The position numbers were made by a program, and so were the translations under genes. DNA of 63,261 nucleotides, the filler included, from Octopus bimaculoides (taxonomy: Eukaryota): NCBI RefSeq assembly GCF_001194135.2. It is 7 parts of 6 records of this genome, joined end to end, with 100 filler letters (N's around TTAATTAATTAA, not from the genome) between each part and the next. Parts side by side here need not be neighbours in the genome. Positions count along the whole stretch, not along the records: positions 40,742 to 61,913 come from NC_068981.1; positions 62,014 to 63,261 come from NC_069002.1; 5 more parts are not named here. One strand, given 5' to 3'. This document shows positions 50,849-63,000 of this stretch, in pieces. Position 1 is the first letter of the stretch. Every line of letters starts with the position of its first letter. The notes under the pieces are model-generated. The model was not told where the DNA came from and ran no database searches. It saw nothing but the letters and a program-made list of their open reading frames with translations.

Positions 50849-51213
50849 GGAGGCTACTGCCGGCGTAAGTTTAATATATAATAACTGCAGGAGTATTTTT
50901 GGTAAGTCATAATTTATCTGTAATTTCCTAACTGATTAGCATAATCAAAATAAATAAGGGGCCTTTGAAAACGGTAAAAGTAGATTAATTAAACTAGGAG
51001 GTAAAATATTTCTATCTTGCGCAAGACTACTTTTGCGGTTTTGAAAGGCTCCATATTTATTTTAATTATGCTAATCGATTAAAAAATTACCGATAAATAA
51101 TTTATAGAAAAATTTAAGTTATGTAACTCCCGGTATTTTTACTTCTTACTTGATGACCTAAACAAAATACTCCTACAGTTATTATATATTGAACATACAC
51201 CAGCAGTAACCTT
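50849..51213. repeat. Imperfect foldback palindrome (~365 bp), MITE-like
   Basis: Inner arms 50934-50983 / 51027-51076 (~44 of 50 match); outer arms ~50849-50910 / ~51153-51213. Confidence 0.8.
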
Positions 51214-52039
51214 TCCTCCTCGTAGGTAGTCATGTATCACTAAGTATTATAACTATTCTAATTGTATAGCTAAAATTTTCAGTCGGTCGAAAGGTTTTCA
51301 GAGGAACAGCATGCAACACCAAATGGTATATCTCTATTTTCTCTTTTTCTTTTTCTTTTTCTTTTCTTTTTCTTTACATTCCCGCTTTGATGTAGTTACA
51401 CTATTTAAGTTGGCATAATTATTTACAATGATAATTAATATTATCGTATTAAGTAAGCCTGATTATGCCCAAAATCAGGCTAACAGAAACAGCTGTAAGA
51501 CGACATTGTCGTTTTATAATCAATAAATAATAATTTATGTATATGAATTATGAGTTTTTCTCCATTATCGTATTTTTCCTTAAATATAGATGAACGTCAG
51601 TTTATTCCTTTCCTTCCCTATCATGCATGAGAATTAATATCAATATTCATGATCACATATGGGTAATACACCAGTAATACTTTGGATATAGGTAATACGC
51701 CACTAATACGTTGTATATATATATATATATACTCATAGATATACATATATATATATATAACTACATATACACAAACTACATCATTACATACATATGCTTA
51801 TGTATATAAGCATTTCTCTCTCTTTCTTCAAATTATACTCTCAAAGAATACACACACCAACACATATTCCCACACACGCACTCAGAAACATATGTATAAT
51901 GTATTGTGAAGTGGATGTAAGTTATCAGTTGAATGCGTATGTAAGTTAAGCCGAATGAAATACACCGGAAAATTGTGAAAATTATAATCAACAGACTTTT
52001 AAGCAATTTCGTCCGGCAAACAGATTGCTTAGTGCGTCA

Positions 52040-52090
52040 TTAATTTTGAGTGTTCATACGCATACATACATAAATACATATATACATACA

Positions 52091-52124
<34 letters not shown>

Positions 52125-52146
52125 CATAGATACACACATGCATACT

Positions 52147-52196
<50 letters not shown>

Positions 52197-52456
52197 CATA
52201 CATATATACATATATATACACACATATATACATACATATATATACACATATATATCGACACATACATATATACGTATATATATATATATATATATACATG
52301 CATCTATATATATATATATTTATATTATATATATATACATATATAAATATATATACATGCATATGCATATATATATATATATATATATATACATACATAT
52401 ACATATATATAGGAATATATATACACATACATTATACATATGTACATGCATATGTA

Positions 52457-52487
<31 letters not shown>
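52040..52487. repeat. Compound (TA)n/(CATA)n microsatellite
   Basis: Direct inspection. Confidence 0.95.
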
Positions 52488-52550
52488 CTTATTCATTAAA
52501 ATACAGAGATGCATATAATAGGACAGAGATGCATATAATAGGACAGTCTA

Positions 52551-52626
52551 TACTCTGTACCATGGTTTCAAGTTATTTAGCAAGATAAAAATAAATCTTA
52601 CTTGGACAACTTTCTTCAGCAGAGTA
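52551..52626 (-). ncRNA. Type I hammerhead ribozyme, canonical core
   Basis: UACUCUG-CUGAAGA-AAGUUGU...AUAACUU-GAAAC-CAUG-GUA-CAGAGUA: 7-bp stem I, extended stem II, all conserved core nucleotides present. Confidence 0.88.
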
Positions 52627-52951
52627 CCACGAACAAGCGAGTAAACACGAGTCATAGGGAAATACGACCCGCGTTTACACACTTAATTTTTCAAATTATA
52701 CCGCGCATGTGCGCTTTAACTTATCGGCAGTAAATATAAAATAAATGCCGATTTTCCTTCAGAAATTAGCCAAAAAATATATTATCATTAATAAATCATA
52801 GGGCAGCAAAAAATTTTTAGAAATTTAATTTACCGCCAGTGGTCCAGCGAGGATAAAACTTAGTCAGTAGACTATATATATATTATTCATTAAAATACAG
52901 AGATTCCTATAATAGGAGATCTAACCCCCTTGCTTACTCGCTTGTTCACGG

Positions 52952-53027
52952 TACTCTGCTGAAGAAAGTTGTCCAAGTAAGATTTATTTTTATCTTGCTA
53001 AATAACTTGAAACCATGGTACAGAGTA
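52952..53027 (+). ncRNA. Type I hammerhead ribozyme, canonical core; predicted cleavage after GUA (A53020)
   Basis: Identical 76-nt motif on the plus strand: stem I 52952-58/53021-27, CUGAAGA 52959-65, stem II 52966-72/53002-08, GAAA 53009-12, C-CAUG-G, UA. Confidence 0.88.
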
Positions 53028-53252
53028 TAGACTGGTAAAAGTTTTTATTTTTCATTCTCTTTCGAAATTATCCCTATTTTTATGGTATAGAGTGTTTTGC
53101 TGCTCTTTCTAGCGGGTTAGATGTCCTATTATAGGCATCGCTGTATTTTAATGAATAATATATATATAGTCTACTGACTAATTTTTATTCTCGCTGGACC
53201 ACTGGCGGTAAATTAAATTTCAAAATTTTTTTGCTGCCCTATGATTTATTAA

Positions 53253-53256
<4 letters not shown>

Positions 53257-53291
<35 letters not shown>

Positions 53292-53512
53292 TCAAAATGT
53301 ATATATATATGCATACGTGCATATATACATATATATGCATACACATATGCATACATATATACATACATTTATACATATATACAGACATATATACATAAAT
53401 ACGTACATATAAATACATACACTTATATATATATACATACATATATACACATGCATAAATATACATATATATATACAAACATAGATATATGCACATATAT
53501 ATATATACATAT
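53257..53512. repeat. Degenerate (TA)n/(CATA)n microsatellite
   Basis: Direct inspection. Confidence 0.9.
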
Positions 53513-53710
53513 AGGGGAAGAATTCACAAAAAACAACACGAAGACGGGTGGTGCAGACAACAAACAGATGTATTACTTTAACGCTCGGGATGTGAAAATG
53601 TATTTAACGTTTCGAGCCTAAGGTCTTCCACAGAAAGGAACGCAGGGAGAAAGAAGGAGAGAAAATAAAGAATGTGTAGTTTCTAGCGATCTATCATGGC
53701 GAATACCGGA
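53513..53710 (-). mobile_element. PLE-terminus-like short repeat with a degenerate HHR-like motif
   Basis: Minus strand cttt-CTGTGGA-agac-cttag-gctc-GAAACGTT-aaat (53602-53637), related to the 42136-42170 motif. Confidence 0.45.
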
Positions 53711-53756
53711 CAGAAGTGTCACGCATAAACATATATACACATGCATACACACACAC

Positions 53757-53809
<53 letters not shown>

Positions 53810-53953
53810 NNNNNNNNNNNNNNNNNNNNNNNNNNNNNNNNNNNNNNNNNNNNNNNNNNNNNNNNNNNNNNNNNNNNNNNNNNNNNNNNNNNNNNNNNNN
53901 NNNNNNNNNNNNNNNNNNNNNNNTATATATATATATATATATATATATATTAA

Positions 53954-54060
53954 CCCCATCTTGTTTGTTGTTAACACAACGTTTCGGCTGATATACCCTC
54001 CAGGCTTCTTCGGGTGTCTTGGGGGAGATTTCGAACCTGAGTTCTCATTCCTAAGTTATT
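53954..54060 (-). mobile_element. SINE family C copy 3 (tail only)
   Basis: Reverse complement matches the post-(AAT)n part of copies 1, 2 and 4. Confidence 0.85.
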
Positions 54061-54072
54061 TTTCTATGTTTG

Positions 54073-54436
54073 CCCGTGGGCCCACAGGCATATCGTGTCG
54101 TGGATAAGAGCGCGGGCTACTGACACTAAGATTCCGAGTTCGATTCCAACCAGTGACCTGAACAATCACTATAATAATAATAATAATAATAATAACAATA
54201 ACAATAATAGTAATAATAATAATAATTATAATAACAATAATAATGATAATGAAAATAATAATAATAATAATAATAATATTAATAATAACAACAACAACAA
54301 CATCGAAAAATACCTTAGGAATGAGAACCCAGGTTCGAAATTTCCCCAAGACACCTGATGAAACCTGGAGGGTATATCAACCGAAACGCTGTGTTAACAA
54401 CAAACAAGATGACGACAAATATCCGTCGAATGTAAA
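54073..54436 (+). mobile_element. SINE family C copy 4, head-to-head with copy 3
   Basis: cacaggcatat leader, tRNA-like head with gagttcgattcc, degenerate (AAT)n, gacacCTGATGA...GAAAC tail. Confidence 0.85.
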
Positions 54437-54440
54437 CAAG

Positions 54441-55055
54441 AAATGGTTTCTATATAAAAGTGTGAAGCGCCGAAGACAATTGGTAGGGAAAGGAGAAACA
54501 CCGGCACCCCTGGCTAAAGAGGGTCTTCACCCACATAAGCTGTTGTTATCTCTTTTGGTGACATATGAAATGTTTAGTCCACCTTAAAATTTTAAATACA
54601 AACAAAACGATAACAAAGGAGAACTCCTGCGAGCAGGTAAGTCAGTGCTAGAAGAAAAACGACCACATTTGGCTTGAAGATGAAAGATGTTCTTTCATCA
54701 GGATAATACTCAGCCACATACAACAAGGATGACATTCCAAAGGTTGTAGCAGTTTGAATGAAAAATGATACCCCACTCACCATATTCGCCTCACATTATT
54801 CCACAATCTTCAAAATTATTTGGACGGAAAAAATATGATTTCTGTAGACGAAGTCAGAACAGTATTAGAGCAGTATTTTTCGTCCCAAACAAGTACATTT
54901 TAGAAGAGAGGCCTTGTAAGTCTACCAGATAGATGAAAGAGCACTGTAGAAAATGAAGGAGAGTATATCATAGATTAAAAACGAACTTTGTTTATCTTAA
55001 TTTTGAAAAATAAAAGAAGTATAAAACCGCATTATTCATGGGATGACCCAATAGA
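54441..55055 (+). mobile_element. Mariner (DD34D) 3' fragment with right TIR
   Basis: KWFLYKSVKRRRQLV..GLHPHKLLLS, FFHQDNTQPH..PHSPYSP, ENEGEYIID*, ending ...atgggatgacccaata. Confidence 0.8.
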
Positions 55056-55157
55056 TATATATATTATTGGACAGCTAGAGATGTCTTACTGGGGCTAAAA
55101 AGAACATTAGCACCGTCCGCTATAGGACCGCCACATTTAGTTGGCAAATATATTTTA

Positions 55158-55203
<46 letters not shown>

Positions 55204-55467
55204 GCATGTGTGCGTCTGTCTCTGTCGATCTATCTCTTTGGAAGAAAAAGCACTAAAAAAATTCTATGTTATTGCCTTTTTACCCCACGAAAGAAACAAA
55301 AAGCGATAAATGAATACTTACACTGCTTATGATGAAACATACATAGATTTAACTACTGGGTTGTGAGATCTTTCTTTATTCGCAAGACAAGATAATAAAA
55401 TTTTCATAATGTGATGGCTGTGTTTACAAAAACAACAGTAGTATGAACATTTTGATACATACATATA

Positions 55468-55860
<393 letters not shown>

Positions 55861-56503
55861 ACGCTACATGCACGTATCACACTTATCTACATGAAACGTG
55901 ATCGTAGACAAAATATTGTAGCCACTAAAAGAAACTGACTTCTAGAAATATTTACGTAACAGATTGTATTTCAATATCAAACAATTGATTTTGCTTTGGC
56001 AGTGAAGCCAATGAATTGATTTCATTCCAAATGTCTTCTACCACTCACTCTTACTGAGTGACTCAATCTAATTTCTGCTCGGTTTTTCCGCATCTGTATT
56101 CTTGTGACACATAGATAGATAATATAGCATTAATTGGCTGTCCAGAGTCACATTTCTTCCTACTGCAGATATACTAAATATATAAATAGGCCATATATAT
56201 ATAATTATACGGAATTAGTAGTGAAGTTCAACACATATAACGACTCTTGTGACTTATAATAATATATATTTTTTTAAATAACGTAAAGAGAAAATATAAA
56301 AACAAATGGTTTCCCCTCTTTTACGAAAATGGGATAAATCAATATTTAAAACAACTTTTAATAACAAGTACAAAAGTGTAATTCACTACAGCGAGAGACC
56401 TTCGTTCGCACGGTGATGAACACTCTCATACGAAGATATGTTTAATTATGGAAAAATTCTATAACGCACTTGAATGTACTTATGCATATGTGTGCGTGTG
56501 CAT

Positions 56504-56700
<197 letters not shown>

Positions 56701-57069
56701 ACATATATGTTAAAATATGTATATTAACACACACACACACATATGTATATGCATACGCCCATGTGCATACACCTACATACACATACGTGCGTATTAAAAT
56801 GTGTTATGGAAATGTTCCATAATTAGTCGTTTCTTTTAGTGTCGTTTATACTTCGTGCCAAATAAGCGAAATAGCTGCGCACACGTGGTCTTCTCATGTT
56901 CATGGACCAACGTCTGGGAGTACATCACACCACGCCCATTATCGCGAGAATGAAGGCATCTTAGTGCACTATTTGACACATTTCTATGCAGTGTATAAGC
57001 CGTTTTAATTATTGATTTATACGTTTATATATATTTACACCCAAACACAAATTTGTATCTGTGTCTATA

Positions 57070-57420
57070 TATCTATCAGTCTATGTTGATAACGGAGATA
57101 ATGATGAGGAAGACGTCAACGACGACGATGATGATGATTAGTATGATAATGATGATGAAGATGACGACGACACTGGTGATGATGATGATGTTGACTAGGA
57201 TGATAATGATGCTGACCGTGATAGTAATAATGGTATTGACTGCTGCTGACGCTGATAGTAATGATGATGTTGATGATGATACGATGATACCGCTGAGAAA
57301 AAGGATGCTGGTGATTATGTTGATGACGAGGACAACGACGACGTCGACTATCATGTTGCTGGTGACGACAACTACAACGATGACGACGACAATGATGATG
57401 ATGATGATGATGATGATATG
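57070..57420. repeat. Cryptic (GAT/GAC)n trinucleotide low-complexity tract
   Basis: Degenerate GAT/GAC/AAT triplets ending in a pure (GAT)n run. Confidence 0.85.
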
Positions 57421-57649
57421 CTTACTTTTAAAGAAGAGTTCTCCGATGAAAGAAATATCAAGTGGCCGCTATTAAATATACATTTTTCATATTTGATCCA
57501 CAAAATGTTTTTAATATTTGATCCACAAAATAGATTGAAGATTTAATTATGATGATGAAATATTCAATGTCTTATGTCTCATATCAAACTCTACTTTTGA
57601 ACAATAAACATGTAAATGATGAATTATCTTTTAGTTCGCTGCCTTGAAG

Positions 57650-57804
57650 AAATTTTGTCGAATGTATCGACCCCAGTACATTTTTTGTGTCTGGTACTTA
57701 TTTTGTTAGTCTCTTTTGCCAAACTGCTAAATTACGGAGACGTAAACAAACACCGGTTGTCAAACGGTGGTGGGGACAATCACGGACACAAAGATACACA
57801 CGCA

Positions 57805-57848
<44 letters not shown>

Positions 57849-58000
57849 GACGGGCTTCTTTCAGTCTCTGTTTTCCAAATCCACTCACAAGGGCTTTCGT
57901 TGGTTCGACGCAAAAATCTTCTGAAGGCCTCTTAGAGGACACTAGCCTGAACCCGGAACCTTGTAGTTGGGAAGCAAACTTCTGCACCTATGTAAGGTGA
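57650..58000 (-). mobile_element. SINE family D copy
   Basis: Head (agtttgcttcccaac..ggttccgggttcag), gtgagtggatttgg..actgaaagaagccc, TA tract and 3' body on the minus strand. Confidence 0.8.
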
Positions 58001-58119
58001 CATTCCATAAAGAAATCCATGACATACAATGTCTCAATAGAAAAGACGAGTCTAGGCGGCGTGTGAAAACACATTTAATCAAACGGGAAACCTGCCTGCC
58101 ATTAGACAAAAAGTAAATC

Positions 58120-58345
58120 GCATCATGATCATCATTCGATTCCATCGCCATCTTCTTCGTCATCTTCGTATTTATTGTCATCAACAAAATCGTTACCAGC
58201 GTCAGAATCCTCCTCTTCGCCATTATCAACAAAATCCCCATCATAATCATCAGCATCATGACCACCACTATCATCATCCTTGTCGTTGTCAACGTCGACG
58301 TCGTCATTATGATTATCTTGTACAGCAAGAGTGACAGCAACAACG
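58120..58345. repeat. Cryptic (ATC/GTC)n low-complexity tract
   Basis: Degenerate triplet repeat. Confidence 0.75.
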
Positions 58346-60000
58346 TCAAAACGAAAAGACGCATCCTGCTCTATAAATGAACTTATGGAATCGAAATCAC
58401 GATTTAAAAGAATTTCAACATCTAAACAGAATAGCTGTCTTTTAAAATATAATACAATGGACACTGGTATATTTCAATGTAATGTAACATCATCATTCAA
58501 CTGAAATGGATTTTAAAATACTTTACGTTTCTTCTTTAGCAAGTGGAAATCGATAGTTATATTTCTATTTAGATGACATAGTTTTATATTACGAAATTGC
58601 ATGAGTTTAATTTCAGCGAGCTTGTTGCATGTTTCATACACTGCCGTATGCTATATGTATGTACACATACATACACACACACACATTTATATGTATGCGC
58701 CTGGGTATGAGGGCTTGTGAATATATGTATGTACATATATACATGCATATATGTATACATATACAAACATATATATGTGTGTATACATACATGCACACAT
58801 ACATACATATATATATGTGTGTGTGATTGCTTGTGTACATGCGCCTTATGTATAAGGTTTTTTGAGTATATATATACACGTGCATGCACACACACAGACA
58901 CACACATACTCACACACACAGACACACATATATATTATTGTATGAGTATGGACATCCATGCACAAATGTATACGCATGCACATACATAGACGTAGGCATA
59001 TACTAATACATATATGGGTACATACACACCTATGTATGTATTACAGAATTCTTTGATTTTTAAGTAGATTTTGAAAGTATAGAAACATGCTCAGTTAACT
59101 AACATTATAATTAGCAACATTACTGAAAGGCGTAACATCTTTGAATATTTGCGGAGCTGTGAGAAATCAATATTTACTAAAATATAAACATAATGGAAAG
59201 ATCAGGATATGCTTTAATATGCTTCTTGTGTGTTGTTGTTTCTTTACTTCTTTAGATTTCTTTGATTTATTTAAACAACACCCAACTGAAACAACCTTCC
59301 ACGTTTCACTTGTTTCCAAGAACTGTATCAAGCGATTCTTTTATCAAAAAATGTGCGATAAAGATATTTGCAACGAAATGTACATTCTCCTTGAAAACTG
59401 TAACTTCATATTTTTATCGTGTAAAACATATATCCCCATGTGTGTGCCTGTATATNNNNNNNNNNNNNNNNNNNNNNNNNNNNNNNNNNNNNNNNNNNNN
59501 NNNNNNNNNNNNNNNNNNNNNNNNNNNNNNNNNNNNNNNNNNNNNNNNNNNNNNNNNNNNNNNNNNNNNNNNNNNNNNNNNNNNNNNNNNNNNNNNNNNN
59601 NNNNNNNNNNNNNNNNNNNNNNNNNNNNNNNNNNNNNNNNNNNNNNNNNNNNNNNNNNNNNNNNNNNNNNNNNNNNNNNNNNNNNNNNNNNNNNNNNNNN
59701 NNNNNNNNNNNNNNNNNNNNNNNNNNNNNNNNNNNNNNNNNNNNNNNNNNNNNNNNNNNNNNNNNNNNNNNNNNNNNNNNNNNNNNNNNNNNNNNNNNNN
59801 NNNNNNNNNNNNNNNNNNNNNNNNNNNNNNNNNNNNNNNNNNNNNNNNNNNNNNNNNNNNNNNNNNNNNNNNNNNNNNNNNNNNNNNNNNNNNNNNNNNN
59901 NNNNNNNNNNNNNNNNNNNNNNNNNNNNNNNNNNNNNNNNNNNNNNNNNNNNNNNNNNNNNNNNNNNNNNNNNNNNNNNNNNNNNNNNNNNNNNNNNNNN

Positions 60001-60049
<49 letters not shown>

Positions 60050-60074
60050 TATATATGTATATATATATATATTT

Positions 60075-60600
60075 TTCTAGTTTCAGCTCATAGCTGTGGC
60101 CATGCTGGAACACCACCATTTTGCTACACTGTTACTACTGAGATCTTCTTTTAATATATGGCACTTGGTGTAGAAAGGAGTTTGATATAGGTACCCTCAT
60201 TTGCACCTCTTGCCGTGAGGTAGGTTCATCTCGAACTCTCGACAGCAACAGGTCCAGTCTTGATTCAAAAACGCCTACTTTGCGGAGATTCCTCAGACTC
60301 TTTGGGAGAATATTAAAAAGCTGTGGGCCCCTGAAACTCAGGCTGTTGCAGTAACTGGTTATGAAACGCTATGGCATTGCTGGAATCTTTGGCACTATGC
60401 AGTGTCGATCCGTTCTGGCATTGGTGTAGCTTTGAATGCCAAAATTTGATAAATTCCTTCTAGGATCTTCCAGATGTATATTACTGCATACCCCTCTCGC
60501 GTCCGCTCCAGGGAGTAGAGTCTTAGCTGTTTCAGTGTTTCCCAGTAGCTGAGCTGTTGCAAAGAGACAATCTTCTTCGCGAAGCTTCACTGAATTGCTT
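60075..60600 (-). mobile_element. CR1-like LINE 3' end (ORF2 C-terminus and 3' UTR)
   Basis: RHCIVPKIP..SYCNSLSFRGPQLFNILPKSLRNL..FESRLDLLLSRVRDEP..NSFLHQVP, then a short UTR. Confidence 0.8.
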
Positions 60601-60879
60601 CAAGGTCCGCTGTTAATTTTACACTGTTGGGTGACCATAGCTGGGAGCAGTAATCTAGGCGGCTGAGGACGAATGTCTTCCAGAGGACCATCATATAACA
60701 GTGTTAGTTAGAATGGGTATGTTGAGGGGGTTTAAAAGGACATATGCAGATAAAATAAAATGAAATACAAAAAGTAATCACCTACGTTATTTGAAGCATA
60801 AGGTTAATGAACCTCGAAAATTAAAAGGTATAATTGTACAGTCCGATAAAGCCGAAAATCTATACATGTATAGATGTAG

Positions 60880-61190
60880 ATCTATACCATAATGTCCCAC
60901 ACAAAGAAATTACAAAGAAATATAAGATTATAAATAAAAATATTCCAAAATCCATTAGTATTAAAGCCAAAGAAATAGTGAGTAAATACCAAATTGACGA
61001 TCTAAGTGAAGTTTATGAGCCATCTAAACCTAGAATTAGTCTAAAAGCCCACAAGCCTAACTTTCATACTGATCCACATGTACAGCTCATCTGCCCTTTC
61101 AAATCTGACATCAGGAAACTTATCATAGACATATACCTAAAATTATTGAAATCCAAAAATAAAACTCCACCTGTGGAGCTGACATAAACA
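60880..61190 (+). mobile_element. Penelope-like RT N-terminal fragment
   Basis: EITKKYK..SISIKAKEIVSKYQIDD..ISLKAHKPNF..DPHVQLICPFKSDIRKL resembles the recalled invertebrate PLE pattern TLKDHKxNF..CRLINPxKSEIGK. Confidence 0.6.
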
Positions 61191-61227
61191 ACTATTGCCA
61201 ATCAATTAACCCCACCTTACTAAATAC

Positions 61228-61913
61228 ATTTCTTTTATTAACCACACATGGCTCAACAAAGATGGGACGAATACAATGTAGAGCTTTTCTTTTTGGGAGG
61301 GGGAAGGAAAAAAAAGTAGGGGTGGGTGTCGATCAAAACNNNNNNNNNNTTGGGAGGGGGAAGGAAAAAAAAGTAGGGGTGGGTGTCGATCAAAACGGAT
61401 CGTAGGAAGGAAAAAAGCGGGGAGTTCGATCAAAAGGGACCGAGAGAGAAAAAAAAAGCAAAAAAAAGCGATCAATAGGGATCGTGTATCACAGTAATGT
61501 TCTCGTGTAAAAAGAGGGGAGGACGGTTTAGGTTTAGCCGTGGAAAGAAAAGCCTACGGAAAAGACCACGGTAACCTTGGTCAATATTGTCATTGCAGAA
61601 ACTATAACAGTAAGTGACTCTCGTTTGCCTTTTTGTTTTTTGTCTGGATTTTTTTACTCCTTTATAGTGTTATGCTCAAGGTGGCTCCGTCATTCACACG
61701 TGCCATCCTTGCTACATTCATCCATCTTTTTTGGAAGCATTCACTAGACAAGACTTCCCTTTGTACTCTCACCTTCCTCTTCAGATGATACTTGAAGACG
61801 TTGATGAGAGATTGCCCAGAGAGGAAAGTCTTTGTCTCTAGACCTTTCAGACGCGTCCACCATACACACTCTTTCGCCATAGTCACAAGTACGATGAAAA
61901 TAGCTCTTCCTTC
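61228..61913 (-). mobile_element. Tx1/L1-like LINE 3' end (ORF2 C-terminus and 3' UTR with AATAAA)
   Basis: AKECVWWTRLKGL..FLSGQSLINVFKYHLKRKVRVQREVLSSECFQKRW*, then a T-rich UTR whose end recurs at 5896 and 26293. Confidence 0.65.
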
Positions 61914-62028
61914 NNNNNNNNNNNNNNNNNNNNNNNNNNNNNNNNNNNNNNNNNNNNTTAATTAATTAANNNNNNNNNNNNNNNNNNNNNNNNNNNNNNN
62001 NNNNNNNNNNNNNATATATACATATATA

Positions 62029-62192
62029 CGACAGGCTTCTTTCACTTTCCATCTACCAAATCCACTCACAAGGCTTTCGTCGGCCCGAGGCTATAGTAGA
62101 AGAAACTTGCCCAAGGTACCACACAGTGGGACTGAACCCAGAACCATGTGGTTGGTAAGCAAGCTACTTACAACACAGCCACTCCTGCGCCT
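62029..62192 (-). mobile_element. SINE family D head and CORE-like part
   Basis: aggcgcaggagtggctgtg..ctgggttcagtccc..ggtaccttgggcaagt..ctatagcctcgggccgac on the minus strand. Confidence 0.85.
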
Positions 62193-63000
62193 GTCAAGTT
62201 TATAGAGACAACGTGACTCGCAGAAAATACCAATTCTATTTTTTGGTAAATATTTATCGTTATGACTGGAATAGCCATGAAATTTAATTTCGCAGTTAAA
62301 AAGTTAAACGACAGTTGGCGCTCCAGTCTAGTACCAAAAATTTCATGTTTACAAATTACTAAACATCTCAACTGGAATTACAGTTATAAAAGACATTGCA
62401 ATTTTGTAACTAATGAGAATATAAGGTGAGCTCACAAGTGAGAACACAGGTGAGATCAAATGTGAGAGCACAGTGAAGATGAAACATGGATAACATCTTT
62501 GTAATTTTTGAAGGAAAAACACAAAGGAATGCAGAAAGACAGGGTGAAGTAATTATTATCATGGATGATAGGGTTTTCTATCTCCCTTGCTGAAGCGCAG
62601 TGCAAATAAAATTTAGAAATAATAAATTAGAATTGGATTAAAATTTAAGTAACCATTGGAATATTTAATAACTAAAATGATATAATAAAATATATTATGA
62701 TAAAAATATAAAGATTTGGAATAAGAGACGTCGACGTCTCACTTCAACTATAATCCTGACCCAAATTCTCGCCAGCAATAATAGCAGACTGTTCTTTGTA
62801 ATTCTAATTCATGTATAACAATTGTTGACTGATTTATCATATGAAACCTTAGGTACTTGATTATTAACTGAAATTTTATTAAACTATTAATTATCCGTCT
62901 TCTGTTATTGAGAATTACTACTTCCAGTTCGTTATATACATACATACATACACATATTTATATATGCATACTCATATATAAATATGTGTATGTATGTATG

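Larger units (their letters stand above)
52488..53253. mobile_element. Non-coding retrozyme-like / non-autonomous PLE-like element with interleaved inverted repeats and two hammerheads
   Basis: A (52544-52644) vs A' (52934-53034): 99 of 101 reverse complement. B (52787-52927) vs B' (53114-53253): ~95%. Each A arm holds an HHR; the element is flanked on both sides by (TA)n-rich DNA. Confidence 0.7.

Noticed and set aside
52040-52518. Long YI/HT/CV/MY-repeat ORFs here and throughout the ORF track, plus X-filled ORFs across gaps
   Set aside because: Translations of dinucleotide/tetranucleotide microsatellites or N runs.
57053-57475. Met/Thr-rich and Asp-rich ORFs (also 57942-58464)
   Set aside because: Cryptic (GAT/GAC)n simple sequence, open in several frames on both strands; no domain or splice support.
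61290-61396. ~45-bp direct repeat either side of a 10-N gap
   Set aside because: Duplicated contig ends around a gap: an assembly artefact.
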